Origin: Octopus vulgaris
Taxonomy: Eukaryota
Reading direction: 5' to 3'
DNA length: 64,000 nucleotides
Assembly: GCA_951406725.2 (NCBI GenBank)
Contig: OX597824.1
Location: forward strand, 69,440,001-69,504,000
Made by a program: the position numbers and the translations under genes. The first letter of the stretch is position 1. Each line of letters begins with the position of its first letter. Below, piece after piece: positions 13,737-28,236 of this stretch. A model generated the notes under the pieces. It was given only the letters and a program-made list of their open reading frames with translations, had not been told where the DNA came from and made no database searches.

Positions 13737-13918
13737 CATACATACATACATACATACATACCGACCAACCGACCGACCTACCTATCTATTTATCTACCCA
13801 TGTATCTACCTGTCAACAAATACATCTTTCTATTTAGCTCTTTCAAACTATAGCCCTGTTAACCAATTTATATACCTACATACCCATCTATGAACCTCTT
13901 CCTCTCTCTTTCTATATA

Positions 13919-14010
<92 letters not shown>

Positions 14011-14070
14011 CCTACCTATGTGTCTGCCTGTTCATCTATCTATTGTATCAATCGGTCTATCTATATGTTA

Positions 14071-14110
<40 letters not shown>
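13368..14110. repeat. (TACC)n/(TACA)n/(TA)n microsatellite field
   Basis: Read directly. Confidence 0.9.
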
Positions 14111-14115
<5 letters not shown>

Positions 14116-14601
14116 TATGTTCCAAATATAAAATAGAAACACCCTCAACGAAGGACCAAAAGTAGAAAATTCTCTCAAAACACGGACGTTGCTCATTCTT
14201 CGTTCATTATTGTCCAAAGAATCATTAGAATTTCACGTCTTTAACGATAATATCGTTCATCATTGGTAGCGTCATTAACGAGAAGCTGCTGGGAATAGCG
14301 AGCGAACGTTCAGAACAACGACGAAAACAGACACGACACAAATGAGAATATAGAACCAAAATAGATATTCAACACGTACAAAATAAGGCTGTGCGACTCT
14401 AGAACGGGTTAAATATAAGAGTAACGCAAAGGAAAATGTCCTATACGAATGGAAATGTAAAAGTGAGTTGGAAAAACAGGTAATAAGAAAAAGGAACAGT
14501 GAAGAAAACAAACTGTATGAAAGTAGAGACGGGAGCGAGAGAAACGTGACTGAACGAGTCAGTGGTGAGGCGAAATAGAAATGGAACAGAGAAATATATA
14601 T

Positions 14602-15008
14602 AGGCGCAGGAGTGGCTGTGTGGTAAGTAGCTTGCTAACCAACCACATGGTTCTGGGTTCAGTCCCACTGCGTGGCATCTTGGGCAAGTGTCTTCTGCTA
14701 TAGCCTCGGGCCGACCAATGCCTTGTGAGTGGATTTGGTAGACGGAAACTGAAAGAAGCCTGTCGTATATATGTATATATATATATGTGTGTGTGTTTGT
14801 GTTTGTGTGTCTGTGTTTGTCCCCCTAGCATTGCTTGACAACCGATGCTGGTGTGTTCACGTCCCCGTCACTTAGCGGTTCGGCAAAAGAGACCGATAGA
14901 ATAAGCACTGGGCTTATAAAGAATAAGTCCCGGGGTCGATTTGCTCGACTAAAGGCGGTGCTCCAGCATGGCCGCAGTCAAAATGACTGAAACAAGTAAA
15001 AGAGTAAA
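14602..15008 (+). mobile_element. SINE family A, full-length, little diverged
   Basis: Matches 7466-7885 throughout. Confidence 0.9.
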
Positions 15009-15726
15009 TGGAAACGATCACAGTTCACCTGGTAATAGGAGGAGAGAAAAAAAGTGCTGGAGGGTAGAGAGACAGAATGTAACAGAGCGTTAAATTGGTG
15101 GGAGCTGGTTGGGAGGAGAGAGAGAGAGAGGGGAAAGAAAAGAGAGTAAAAGACACAAGAGAGAGAGAAAAACGGTGGCTGGCAGAAAGATAGAAAGCAA
15201 CAGAGAGATAAGTTAATGAGAGAGGGAACGGAACGATGGATAGGTAACAATAAGAATGGTGCGTAGCGTTACATCAAATGATAAGTTCCAAACATTAAAC
15301 AGAAACACAACAAAGGAACAAACGAAAAAATCCCACAAGACAGGAACGTTGCTCTTTTCTCGTCAGTTATCGTCCAAAAAAAATCACTACAATTTCTCAA
15401 TGCCTATGTGTGTGTGTATGTGTCTGTGTGTGCGTGTGTGTGTGTGTGTATATTTATGTATATATGCAAGTATGTATGTATGTATGTATGTATGTATTAC
15501 TCATTAAAGCGTTGCGTACTCCCATTGTCATTTTCATACTTTCGAATATTTACCGTCCTAAACAAACCATGAAGAACTCAAACGAAGGTAATAAAACACA
15601 TTAATGAAAGAGTACAACAAAATAAGTATTCGATACACGATTAGAAGAAAAGATGTTTCCTTGTGTAACTACGCATGTATACACCTAAAAAATATATATA
15701 TATACATATACATCATACACACATTC

Positions 15727-15761
<35 letters not shown>

Positions 15762-15814
15762 TGTATGTATGTATGTATGTATGTATGTATATATACAATT
15801 TTCTTATGAAATTC

Positions 15815-16065
15815 ACTGGCTGTTTCTGCTATAAGATGCTGCGGACTCATAATATTTGAGCCTCAATTATGAAGTACAATTATGAAGTACAATCTATTTG
15901 GGAAAGAATTAACTGTACTTACATACGTAATTCTTTCCCAGATAAATTGCATTTCATATTCGTGACTCCGATGAAGCTCTAAGGATGAAGCTATAAGGTA
16001 TTCGGGCACTCAACTATGAGTCCACTAGCATCCTATAATAGAGACAGCTGTAAGCTAATGAAATA
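15815..16065. repeat. Imperfect fold-back, probably inverted Penelope-like terminal repeats with a degenerate hammerhead-like motif
   Basis: AATCTATTTGGGAAAGAATTA (15891-15911) is inverted at 15928-15948. Outer arms GCTGTTTCTGCTATAAGATGCTGCGGACTC and GAGTCCACTAGCATCCTATAATAGAGACAGC. CCGATGAA...ACAGCTGTAAG also matches 51753-51797. Confidence 0.55.
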
Positions 16066-16247
16066 TATAAGCGTAAGACAATTATTTATTCCTTTGTCGC
16101 GAAGTTGCAAAGATAATCTGGAACTCGACTGAGGATAGAAAATTCCGGATAACCCGTCCTTGTTTTCTTTGTATCGTCTGTCTGGATGCTTTGTTTTCCC
16201 CCCTTTTTTTTGTGTCACCTAACTGTCGAGGTGTTTTGCGTTGTTAG

Positions 16248-16672
16248 AAGTGGCTGTGTGGTAAGAAGCTTGATTCCCAACCGTACGGTGCGGGTTCAGT
16301 CCCACTGCGCAATTGTTTTCTATTATAGCCTCGAGCTGACCAAAGCCTTGTGGGCGGATTTCGTAGACGGAAACTGAAAGAAGCCCGTCGTGTATATATA
16401 TATATATATATATATGCATACATATATGTATGTAAGTATGTGTGTATGTATGTATGTATGTATGTATGTATTTGCGTATCTGTGTTTGTTCCCCCACTAT
16501 CAATTTACGTTGGTGAGTTTACGTCCCTCTAACTTACCTGTTCGGCAAAGACACCGATAGAATAAGTACTAGCCTTACAAAGAATAAGTCCTGGGGTCGA
16601 ATTGTTCGACTAAAGGGAGTTCTCCAGCATGGCCGTAGTTAAGTGATAGAAACAAGTAAAATAGGAAAAGAG
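16248..16672 (+). mobile_element. SINE family A
   Basis: Same head, body and tail, with small deletions. Confidence 0.85.
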
Positions 16673-16800
16673 TGTATATATATATATATATATATAGCAT
16701 TATATAGCCAGCTGGAGACGACGATCTCTTGGGGCTATAAAGCTACAGTAACATTCCCTCCCCTATGTGGTTAGCCATGTTAAGATGGCTTCTATAGTTT

Positions 16801-16847
<47 letters not shown>

Positions 16848-16900
16848 CTGTGCTTCTGGGTTATTTCTCCAACTGTGATACATACATTTTCATTCTCTCT

Positions 16901-16941
<41 letters not shown>

Positions 16942-17394
16942 TTTCTCTTCTACTTCTCTCAGTTCCTCTTCCTTAACAGTATTACTTCTCTTTCATTATC
17001 TTTTTCCGTTCGATGCTTTCACACTATTTTTTACTTATGACTAAAGCCGTTCTCTAACGTCGTAAACATATCTATATATTCAAATGTTAGAATATAACTA
17101 AATGTTAGAATATGAATTTTTAAAAGTCTCCTTTCAAAATATATGTCTCTAGCCATCCTGCACATTTTTTCTTATTTGTTACGTTTCCTTTTGGAAATAA
17201 TGACGCAATAATGATGCTTTGAGTGAACGACAACATGACACATTGACTGAACCTCAATATTTTTAGCTATTATTCTAATTAACACAACTTTACGTATTGA
17301 GTACTTTGCATTATGTTTGTATATAGACATGCATAGAAGAATGTTTGTGTGTATGTGTGTGTGTGTGTCTGTGTGTGTTTGTGTGTGTGTCTGT

Positions 17395-17432
<38 letters not shown>

Positions 17433-17917
17433 ATAGCCAGCGTAACCTCAAGGGACACCATTATTGGAAAATTTGAAACACTTCAGTACCGACCAATGAA
17501 AATTGGAATCTTGTAACATATATATATATGTGTATGTGTATGAGTGTGTATGTATGTGTATGTGTGTATGTATGTATGTATGTATGTATGTATGTATGTA
17601 TGTATGTATGTATGTATGTATGTATGTATGTATGTATGTATGTATAGATATTGATAGATAGATGGATAGATATTGATAGATAGGTGGATAGATACATAGA
17701 TAGATGCGTAGTAGCATATTCATGCATACATACATTAATATTTATATTTATATATAAATATATCTATCTATCTCTATATATATATACACACACACACCTA
17801 TATAAATACATGGACACACACACATATACACAGATATATATGCATAACTATCTATCCATCTATCTTTCTATTTATCTATCTAACTATCTATCGCTCTCTC
17901 TCTCTCTCTCTCGCTCG

Positions 17918-17951
<34 letters not shown>

Positions 17952-18194
17952 GTATGTATATACACACACGTTTTCATATATTATATACGTATATCTACCT
18001 ATGCATTGAGATATACACATTTACACACACATAGGTATACAGTTATACACATACATACATACATGCATACATACATACATGCGTACATACATACATATAT
18101 GGACATATACGTAATCATTTTTAACATACATATATTATTTTATATTCATTTTCGTTGATTGGTTTCTCCAGAAATATTCTTTATGACTACAAAC

Positions 18195-18272
<78 letters not shown>

Positions 18273-18565
18273 ACAAACACATACTTATATATACTAACAC
18301 CAGTGTATATGTGAACATGCGTGTGAGCATGTGCGTGCGGGCATCTGAGCGTGCGTGCATGTGTATCTGTGTGTGTCGATTTGTGTGTCTGTGTGTGTGT
18401 GTGTGTGCGTAATTCTTGACGATCTCTTTTCGCTTATAATTATTCGTCTATTTATTTATTTATCAATTTGTTTATCTGCTTATCAAATATATTTATGTAT
18501 TTTATTCCTTCACATATTAAATATAGTTTTATGCATATATAAATATATATATATACATACATATA

Positions 18566-18629
<64 letters not shown>

Positions 18630-20204
18630 TATATATTGATATATGTGTATTTACCTATTTATTTTATTATTGGCCAGAGCCTATGGAATCTACATTTGTA
18701 ATGTCTCTTTCAACTAACCACCAAAACACCACCATTACCATTCCATCGCCACCAAGAATAACAACAACAACAACACCGTTATTCGCTATATCTCTTTTTT
18801 ATTCTCTTTATTATTTTTTTTTCTTTTTCTTGTTTGTGAGCATTTTTTTAGTTTGAATTATTATTGTTATTTTTTTTTTGTTTTTTGTTTCTTCTTTCTA
18901 TCAAATATAGATCTATGTTAGATATCAGAAATGACAAATTTGAAAGAGATCGGACTCCATATACCACAGGCAAATATTTATTATACGCATTGGGACATTT
19001 ATATCACACACACTGATGAATATATAAACACATATACGTTCAGAGAAACACACACACACATGCATACATTTATGCATACATATATATATGTATATGTATA
19101 TATGTATATGTATTTATATAATTTTGCATATATATATATATGTGTGCATATATATATATATATACATATATATGCACACACACACGCGCACACACACACA
19201 CACACACATACACACACACACACACACCACACACACACATATTGGAACACATGCATTCGTACATGTATAATATCTGTTTTTCTTCTTCAATCTCTTAGCA
19301 TCTCACTCTCATTCTCTCTCACTTACTCTCTCTCTCTCTCTTTCTTTGTCACTCCCATTACCTTTGTCTTCCTTTCCCTTTCTGTCTCTTCCACTTTCGG
19401 TGATATCATTCCTTGTAATTCTTATTTCCTTTTTTTCTTTGCTTTTTTAAATTTTTTTCTTTATTTTTTATTTTATTTTTATTTGCCTTATCAAATAATA
19501 TTCAGTTAAAGGAGACAGTATGTCGCCTCTAACTTAGAATATCATTCATTTTTATCTTTATTTTATCATCAGTTTATTATACTTTATTTCGCATGTTCCG
19601 GCAGAGAATTAAGCAGAAAATAGGACTCTGTATGTTTCACCTTAAGAAATATAACAACCTTTTTTCCCTCGGAGACACATCCCAATTTTGACTTTAAAGT
19701 TTTGAAAAACCGATTAAACACACAAAGGTCCCCACACTTTCACATACTTAACCGAAAGTTTTATCCGTTGTTTGGTAATATACAAATTCTGTATTTACAT
19801 CCATCTATCTATTCATCCACCCATCTATTTATGCATGCATGCATGCATGCATGCATCCATCCATCCATCCATCCATACATACATACATACATACATATAT
19901 ACATACATACATACATACATACATACATACATACATACATACATACATACATGCAATGTTGAAATTCCAATGAAGGAGCCTGGGTTTTTTTCTCTTTTGA
20001 CAAGATATCTTGAAATAAAACTGAATAATTACATACATAAACTCGACTCCGTCGGTCACAAATCACCATTGGTGCACTTCAGAGGTCCCCCCCCCAGGAG
20101 TCTGAGCAGAAAGTCGCAGAGGTTCCCCTCCGGGAGTCTGAGCAGACTGTCTGAGCAAAAAGTCGCCTCACCGGCGAATGCACAATCAAAGGTGATTTTT
20201 TTTT

Positions 20205-20460
20205 AATGGAAGGCCAGCAGTTCTCCATTTATTCCGGCTTCCACTCTCCATACCACTGATATTATCCAAGGGAAAGACAAATGCCGATACAGTTTGGCAC
20301 CAGTGACACTGCAACTCATTTCTACAGCTGAGTGAACTGGAGCAACGTGAAATAAAGTGTCTTACTCAAGAACACAACATGCAGTCCGGTCCGGGGAATC
20401 GAGCTCACAACCTCACGATCGGAAGCTCGGCGCTTTAACCACTGAGATATGCACCTTCAC
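20205..20460 (-). mobile_element. SINE family C variant
   Basis: CAACTCATTTCTACAGCTGAGTGAACTGGAGCAACGTGAAATAAAGTGTCTT body shared with ~31220-31275 and ~53985-54040; tRNA-like head at ~20390-20460. Confidence 0.75.
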
Positions 20461-20994
20461 AATTACATACATTTGCATGTATACATATACATACGTATAT
20501 ATATTTAAATATGTGTATATATATGTGTGTATGTGCGTGCGTGCATGCGTGCGCGCGGGTGTATATGCTTATGTATATGCAAATACACGCACATACAGAC
20601 ATACACATATATATATACCCACAACATATATACAAATATATATGTATATTTCTAATTGTATACGTTATGCAAATAACAATATACATACGTATGTATGTAT
20701 GTATGTAAGTATGTATGTATGTATGTATGTATGTATGTATGTATGTATGTATATTGTAATTTTGCAGCAGAGAGACACAGTAAGTTTAGCACACATAACC
20801 CCTTTCCAAGGAGTTCAGTTTTGTTATGAAAAATGTCAACTTCCTCTGTAAGGAACGTTAAGTTTTGGGAGAAATACAGCGTCGTCGACGCCAGAAAATG
20901 AGGTTCTTTCTGTAATATGGAATTAGTGTCAGGAATGAGTCATATAAAAATTCAAAGACAAAGGATTAGCTGATGCAACAGCATATACCAATAA

Positions 20995-22300
<1,306 letters not shown>

Positions 22301-22306
22301 AGAGAT

Positions 22307-22566
<260 letters not shown>

Positions 22567-25500
22567 GCCGACTACGGCTGCTATAATGGTACGATTATAA
22601 TTGTAACAGCAATGATGGCCGTCTCCCCACGAGCCAACCAAAGCTAAAAAATGATAACATTATCGTAGCACCAAAATGTTTTTGGAAACTAAAAGGAAAA
22701 CTAAATCAGTATACCAAATCGCTTGTCCTATGGTTAATCTGGAAGCGCGTCCCCCAGGGAAGAGCCAGCCTGGGACCGAAAAGTCATCAACTGACACAAA
22801 CTCTTCTCCGAATACAGACATGGATGGTCACTTGAACGGGAAATCCCCCAACTCGAGCCCTCCAAGTTCACCACCACAACCACCACAGAAAGAAAAATGT
22901 AAGCGGAACAAATGGACCCGAGAAGAGTATAAAGAAGTAATATACGCTTATTACTATGCATTAGGTAGGCCATCTCAAGAGAGACACACCGCAAACTCTT
23001 ACAGTATATGGAGAACACGGAATCAAGACAGTAGGCCCTATTTGGACGAGAACAAATTAGCAAATGTGAGGAGGGATATCCTTAGAAATAACAGACTCAC
23101 AGACAGTGAAATAAGCGCGATCAAGCACGCAACGGAAAATGACATAAATATAAGACACAAAGGAAATGAAGAATCAGATGAACAGTATAGCCCGCCACGA
23201 GGCTTAATTGAAAGACTGCCATCTGACCAAAGTACGCAAATGCCTGAAGATACAAGAAATTCTATTGTACCTGTTAAAGGTAGCCAGGAAAACGAAAAAA
23301 CAACAGTAACTGAAGATCTCGCATCTGCTGAAGAACACAGAGAGTCTATGGCAGAAATGAGGCAGAAAATCCTGAATACACTTGAAGTTGTAAGACATAC
23401 AAGTATGAATGATAGAGAACCACTTCATAAACTCTCAAATACAAACCAAAATAAAAAACAAATCCAAATTGGCAACTATGTAACAAATGAAATAATACGA
23501 GAATTAAAACCTGATTTTACTGAGTTAAATGAAATTACTTACGCTTCTGCTAGGGCAATTGAAACCAGCTGTATGCCCCCGAAAAAACAAAGAAAACCAA
23601 ACCTGGGAAGAAATCAAACCTAGAGAAGTAAAATTGAAAAAGAGATTGAATTTATGAGAGGGGAAATATCAATATTAAGTGAACTAATATGTGGAAATGA
23701 TGTAAGATCCAGAACAGGAAGAAAGATGAAGAGAAAATTTGAATCCTCACCAAGAGAAGAACTGATATCAATAAAAGAAACGCTGAAACAAAAAGTCCAA
23801 GCAAAAGCCCAAAGAATACGAAGATTTGAGAAGAGAAACAAGTTTTACAAGCAAAATAAGCTGTTCACATCCAATGCCAAAAAATTCTACAGAGAAATAG
23901 GGAAGGAGAAAGTAACCGTTAAAGACCCCCTCCCATGGAAGAAGTTCAAAACTTTTGGAAAAGTATTTGGAGTGACAAGAAGACGTACAACATAAATGCA
24001 GACTGGATTATACAAACTGAAGGATCCTACCAAAATTTACAACAAGCATGGGAAGACATCACAATAACAGACCTAAGAAAGGCACTCACGAAGGCCCATA
24101 ATTGGAAATCCCCCGGTAAAGATAGGGTGCCGAATTTCTGGCTCGCATCGCTCCCATGCGCACACGGTAAGCTAGTTCAGCTGCTCAATGGAATTATGAG
24201 AGACCCAAAGAAAACACCTGAATGGTTAGCAAGTGGCATTACTTACCTACTCCCAAAGAATAACGAAACCAACCTTCCAAAAAACTATCGGCCTATAACC
24301 TGTCTATCCACCACGTATAAAATCCTAACATCTATCCTGGCGGAGAAAACATATGCATTCATGGAGAAGAACGATATTTTTCCCATTGAACAAAAAGGGT
24401 GCCGCCGAGGCTCTTACGGATGCAAAGATCAACTGCTAATCAATCGTGTGATCCTTGAGGGACTGTCACAACAAGCGCAGAAATCTCAGCACCGCATGGA
24501 TTGACTATAAAAAGGCCTTCGACAGTATACCGCATCCATGGATCTTGAGATCGCTGGACATCTTCAAAATTTCCCCTGTGATTTCAAACTTCCTGAAGCA
24601 CAATATGTCGTTGTGGAATACGAATCTCCAATTATACCACTCTAATGGAGTACTTGCCTCAGAAAATATAAACATCAACTGTGGAATTTTTCAAGGTGAC
24701 TCACTTTCACCTTTAATATTCTGCATAGCCCTAATACCCCTTACAAGTGAATTAAACAGAACAGGGTATGGGTATAAAATTGCCAATAAAAAAATAAGCC
24801 ATCTATTTTATATGGATGACTTAAAACTTTATGGTAAAGACAATAATGAACTTGAAGGCCTATTGTGCACTGTGAAAGCATTCAGCGATGACATCGGGAT
24901 GGAGTTTGGACTTGAGAAGTGTGCCAAGGCCACTTTCCAGAAAGGGAAAGTGAAGACCACAAATTCAGTCGTGTTAGATGTTGACACAGTCATAAAAGAG
25001 CTTGAGCAAGAACAAACATACAAATATTTAGGGATAAATGAAGGCTCTGGTATTCAGCATGCAAGCATGAAAGAGAAGATCAGGAAGGAATGTTATAGGA
25101 GAGTTCGTGCAGTCCTGAAATCTGAACTAAATGCACGTAACAAGGTGTTAGCTATAAATTCCTTAGCAGTTCCAGTTGTTACTTATAGCTACAATGTGTT
25201 GAACTGGAATATGAGTGAAGTAAAGAATATAGATAGGAAAATACGCAAGCTGCTGAGTTGTAATAGGATGCACCACCCAAAGGCAGACGTAGATCGCCTT
25301 TACCTTCCCAGAGCCCAAGGAGGTCGAGGCCTGATCCAATTTGAACTAGCTTACAAAACAACCACAATTGGACTGGGCAAATATCTCGAAATATCGAATG
25401 ACTGGATGCTAAAGCTCGTGGAAAATCACGAGAGACGAAAGAAGCTTCATTCTATCATAAAAGAAAGCAAAAAATTTGCTATTGATCTCGTGAAGGATAC

Positions 25501-26557
25501 CCAAACAGAACAACCCGAGGGAAGTACGGCAATTATTGTTGCAAAGAAGGTGAAAATAATGGCAACGAAAAAAGCGCACGAGCAATTGGCTGATAGGTGG
25601 GAGGAGAAACCTCTGCACGGCAAATATATGACCCGCAGCAAACAAGCTGATGTTGACCAGAAGCAAACCCATCAGTGGCTACGGAGCTCAGGGCTAAAAG
25701 CAGAGAGCGAAGGTTTCATCCTGGCTGCTCAAGATCAAAGCCTATTAACCCGGAACTACCAGGCCAATGTGATGAAAAATGGAGCAGACCCAAAATGCCG
25801 ATTCTGCAACGACATGATTGAAACAGTGGACCACCTAATTTCTGGATGTAAAGTCTTAGCTCCAGTGGAGTATAAATTAAGACATGACAGAGTTGGCCAA
25901 TATCTACACTGGCTAATAAGTCGGCATTACAATATCAAAACTGCCGACAAGTGGTATAATCACCACCCTGAGGCTGTAACTGAAGGAGAAAATGTAACCA
26001 TTCTGTGGGACTTTCCAGTACATACAGACCGAACCATCAAGGCCAATAAACCAGATATTGTTGTGAAAGACCAAAACAATAAAGTTTGCTTATTGATCGA
26101 CATGAGCATCCCCTGTGATCATAATATCTCAGCGAAAGAGTTTGACAAGCTCAGAAAATATAAAGACCTACTCATTGAAATTGAGAAAATGTGGCATCTC
26201 AAGGCGGTTACAATACCAGTGATCGTAGGAGCACTAGGAATGATCAAGAAGGGAACCGAAAATTATATGAGAATGATCCCTGACTTACCATCCCTGCAAG
26301 AAGCGCAAAAGATTGTCTTAACTGGTACATCACACGTATTGAGAAGAGCATTGTCGATGTGAGAACTGTTGCTGCTCATGTATTTTAACTTTAAAAAAAA
26401 AAATAAATAAATAAATAAATAAATAAAAAAAAAAATTAACGAACTATTGAGTTTGGTTTAATGGCCTACCAATGTATACTATGAGTTTCTTTGCCCTAGG
26501 AGCCGGGAAGACACTCGGCAAGAAATGGAAGCAAATTTGAAAGAAGAAAAAAAAAAA

Positions 26558-26558
<1 letters not shown>
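22567..26558 (+). mobile_element. Near full-length R4/Dong-clade (RLE-type) non-LTR retrotransposon inserted in (TAA)n
   Basis: Single reconstructed ORF (next feature), ~110-nt 5' leader, and ~195-nt 3' UTR ending in an A-rich tail. (TAA)n flanks both sides (to 22566; 26559-26588). Dong elements of the R4 clade are known to target TAA repeats. Confidence 0.93.
22676..26362 (+). pseudogene. Disrupted single ORF (~1228 aa reconstructed): N-terminal DNA-binding-like region, reverse transcriptase, CCHC zinc finger, PD-(D/E)xK restriction-like endonuclease
   Basis: KWTREE..YY N-terminal motif; KSPGKD, NYRPITCL, EQKG, WIDYKKAFDS, GIFQGDSLSPL, YMDD (24809-24820), YKYLG; CRFC..ETVDHLISGC (25796-25849); RHD; KPDIV..LIDMSIP..KLRKY. 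Lesions are an in-frame TAG at 23621-23623 (likely from TGG), a 1-nt deletion in the C-run at ~23926-23934 and a 1-nt insertion in the G-run at ~24459-24461. Confidence 0.92.
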
Positions 26559-26589
<31 letters not shown>

Positions 26590-26944
26590 GGCATACGTTG
26601 CTTAAGCATACTCTGGACTAAAAGCGGTCCATCACTTGCGGATATTCAAGGATCGCCACAGACTAAGAATTACTTTGATAACCAAATGGAAATGTTCTCT
26701 CCCAGTTAGTATTCTCAAATATGCAGCCGCATATTCATATTAAGTCCAACACCAAGGACAATATTCCTAACTCTCAACCACCTTTCAATAAATTTACAGG
26801 AAATAAGTGAGGGAGAGAATAACACCCATTTCTACCTCTACATCGTTTTCCAAGTAAAACTTGAAAATGTCTTCACTGCAGTAGCAAATGTCTCTTTTCA
26901 GACGTTTCCAATGGCGTCTACCATACAAATAGTTTGGTATTACA

Positions 26945-27427
26945 GCCAAGGCATGGCTGTGTGGTAAGGGGTATGGTTTTGGATTCACTCTCAATGAGTA
27001 GCACCTTGAGCAAGTGTCTTCTACTATAATCCCAGACCAACCAAAGCTTGGGGCTGTTGTAGAAGACACTTGCTCATAAATATATGTATGTGTATGCATC
27101 TATGTGTGTATGTGTCTTCTACTATAATCCCAGACCATTTTCGGTTGTCCTCTAGCACTTGCGTTCTTTTACACTTTCATTAGTTTTAGTCATTTCACTG
27201 CGGCTATGGTGGGACACTGCTTGTAAAGGTTTTAATCGAAGAAATCGATCCCAGGACTAATTCTTTGTAAGTTTAGTGCTTAGTCCATCGGTATCTTTTG
27301 CCGGACTGCTAATTTTCGGGGGACATAAACACACCAGCACCGGTTTTCAAGCGATGGCGGGAGAAACAAACACAGACATCCACCCTCCACACACGTGTGT
27401 GTGTATATATGAATATATATATACATA

Positions 27428-27479
<52 letters not shown>

Positions 27480-27790
27480 GGGCTTCTTTCAGTTTCCGTC
27501 TACCAAATCAACTCACAAGTATTTAGTCGACCCGAGGGTAAAGTAGAAGACACTTGCTCAAGGTGTCACGCAGTGGAACTAAACCCGGAAAAACGTGGTT
27601 GGGAAGCAAGCCTCTTGCCACACAGCCATACTTCTTCATAACTGGTGTTAGTTTGTTTCCGTTTCCGTAGCTTAACAGTTCAGCAAAAGTGACCGATATA
27701 AAAAATATGTACTGCAGTTGATTTGTTCGACTAAACCTTTCAAGACAGTGCCGAAGTATAGCCGCAGTCCAATACCTAAAAGCAAATAAA
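26945..27790. mobile_element. Cluster of SINE family A pieces: rearranged + head (26945-27140), - full copy (27165-27630), + 3' half (27640-27790)
   Basis: Family A head, CORE-like and tail motifs in both orientations. Confidence 0.75.
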
Positions 27791-28236
27791 TGATAGAAAA
27801 ATAACAGAAATGTCTGTTGTACTTTGAGCTGTATTTTAGCATCAGTTGATCCCTAAGAGGGCTCACTTATAATCAAAAGTTTTCCAACCATGCCCATCCG
27901 TTTTAACTTATCTTGAAACTACATTATCAAATGTATCGCTGTTGTTTCTCGTTGATGACTTTGTTCATTATTGTTGCTGTTTTTTTTCTTACAGTTGTTT
28001 CGCTCCAGGTCTAACAGATATACGATCAAAGGCTTTCCAGTCGTGACCCACATAGTTTGCACTCGCACACATACATCACATGTATATACATGCATACCCG
28101 TACACGCATACATACATAATACATATCACACATACATACATACCACACATACATACATACCACACATACATTCATACTGCACATACATACATACATACAT
28201 ACATACATACATACATACATACATACATACATACAT

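Noticed and set aside
7350-14831. Recurrent ORFs containing RRASFSFRLPNPLTRLWSARGYSRRHLPK
   Set aside because: Antisense translation of SINE family A, not a protein family.
22567-22800. HDV-like ribozyme at the 5' end of the R4/Dong element
   Set aside because: Plausible by analogy with R2 and related elements, but I could not assemble a convincing P1/P1.1/P2/P3/P4 fold by eye; it needs a descriptor search.
23920-24465. Programmed ribosomal frameshifting between the ORF pieces
   Set aside because: R4-clade elements have a single ORF. The shifts lie in short homopolymers without a canonical slippery heptamer, and an upstream stop already breaks the frame.
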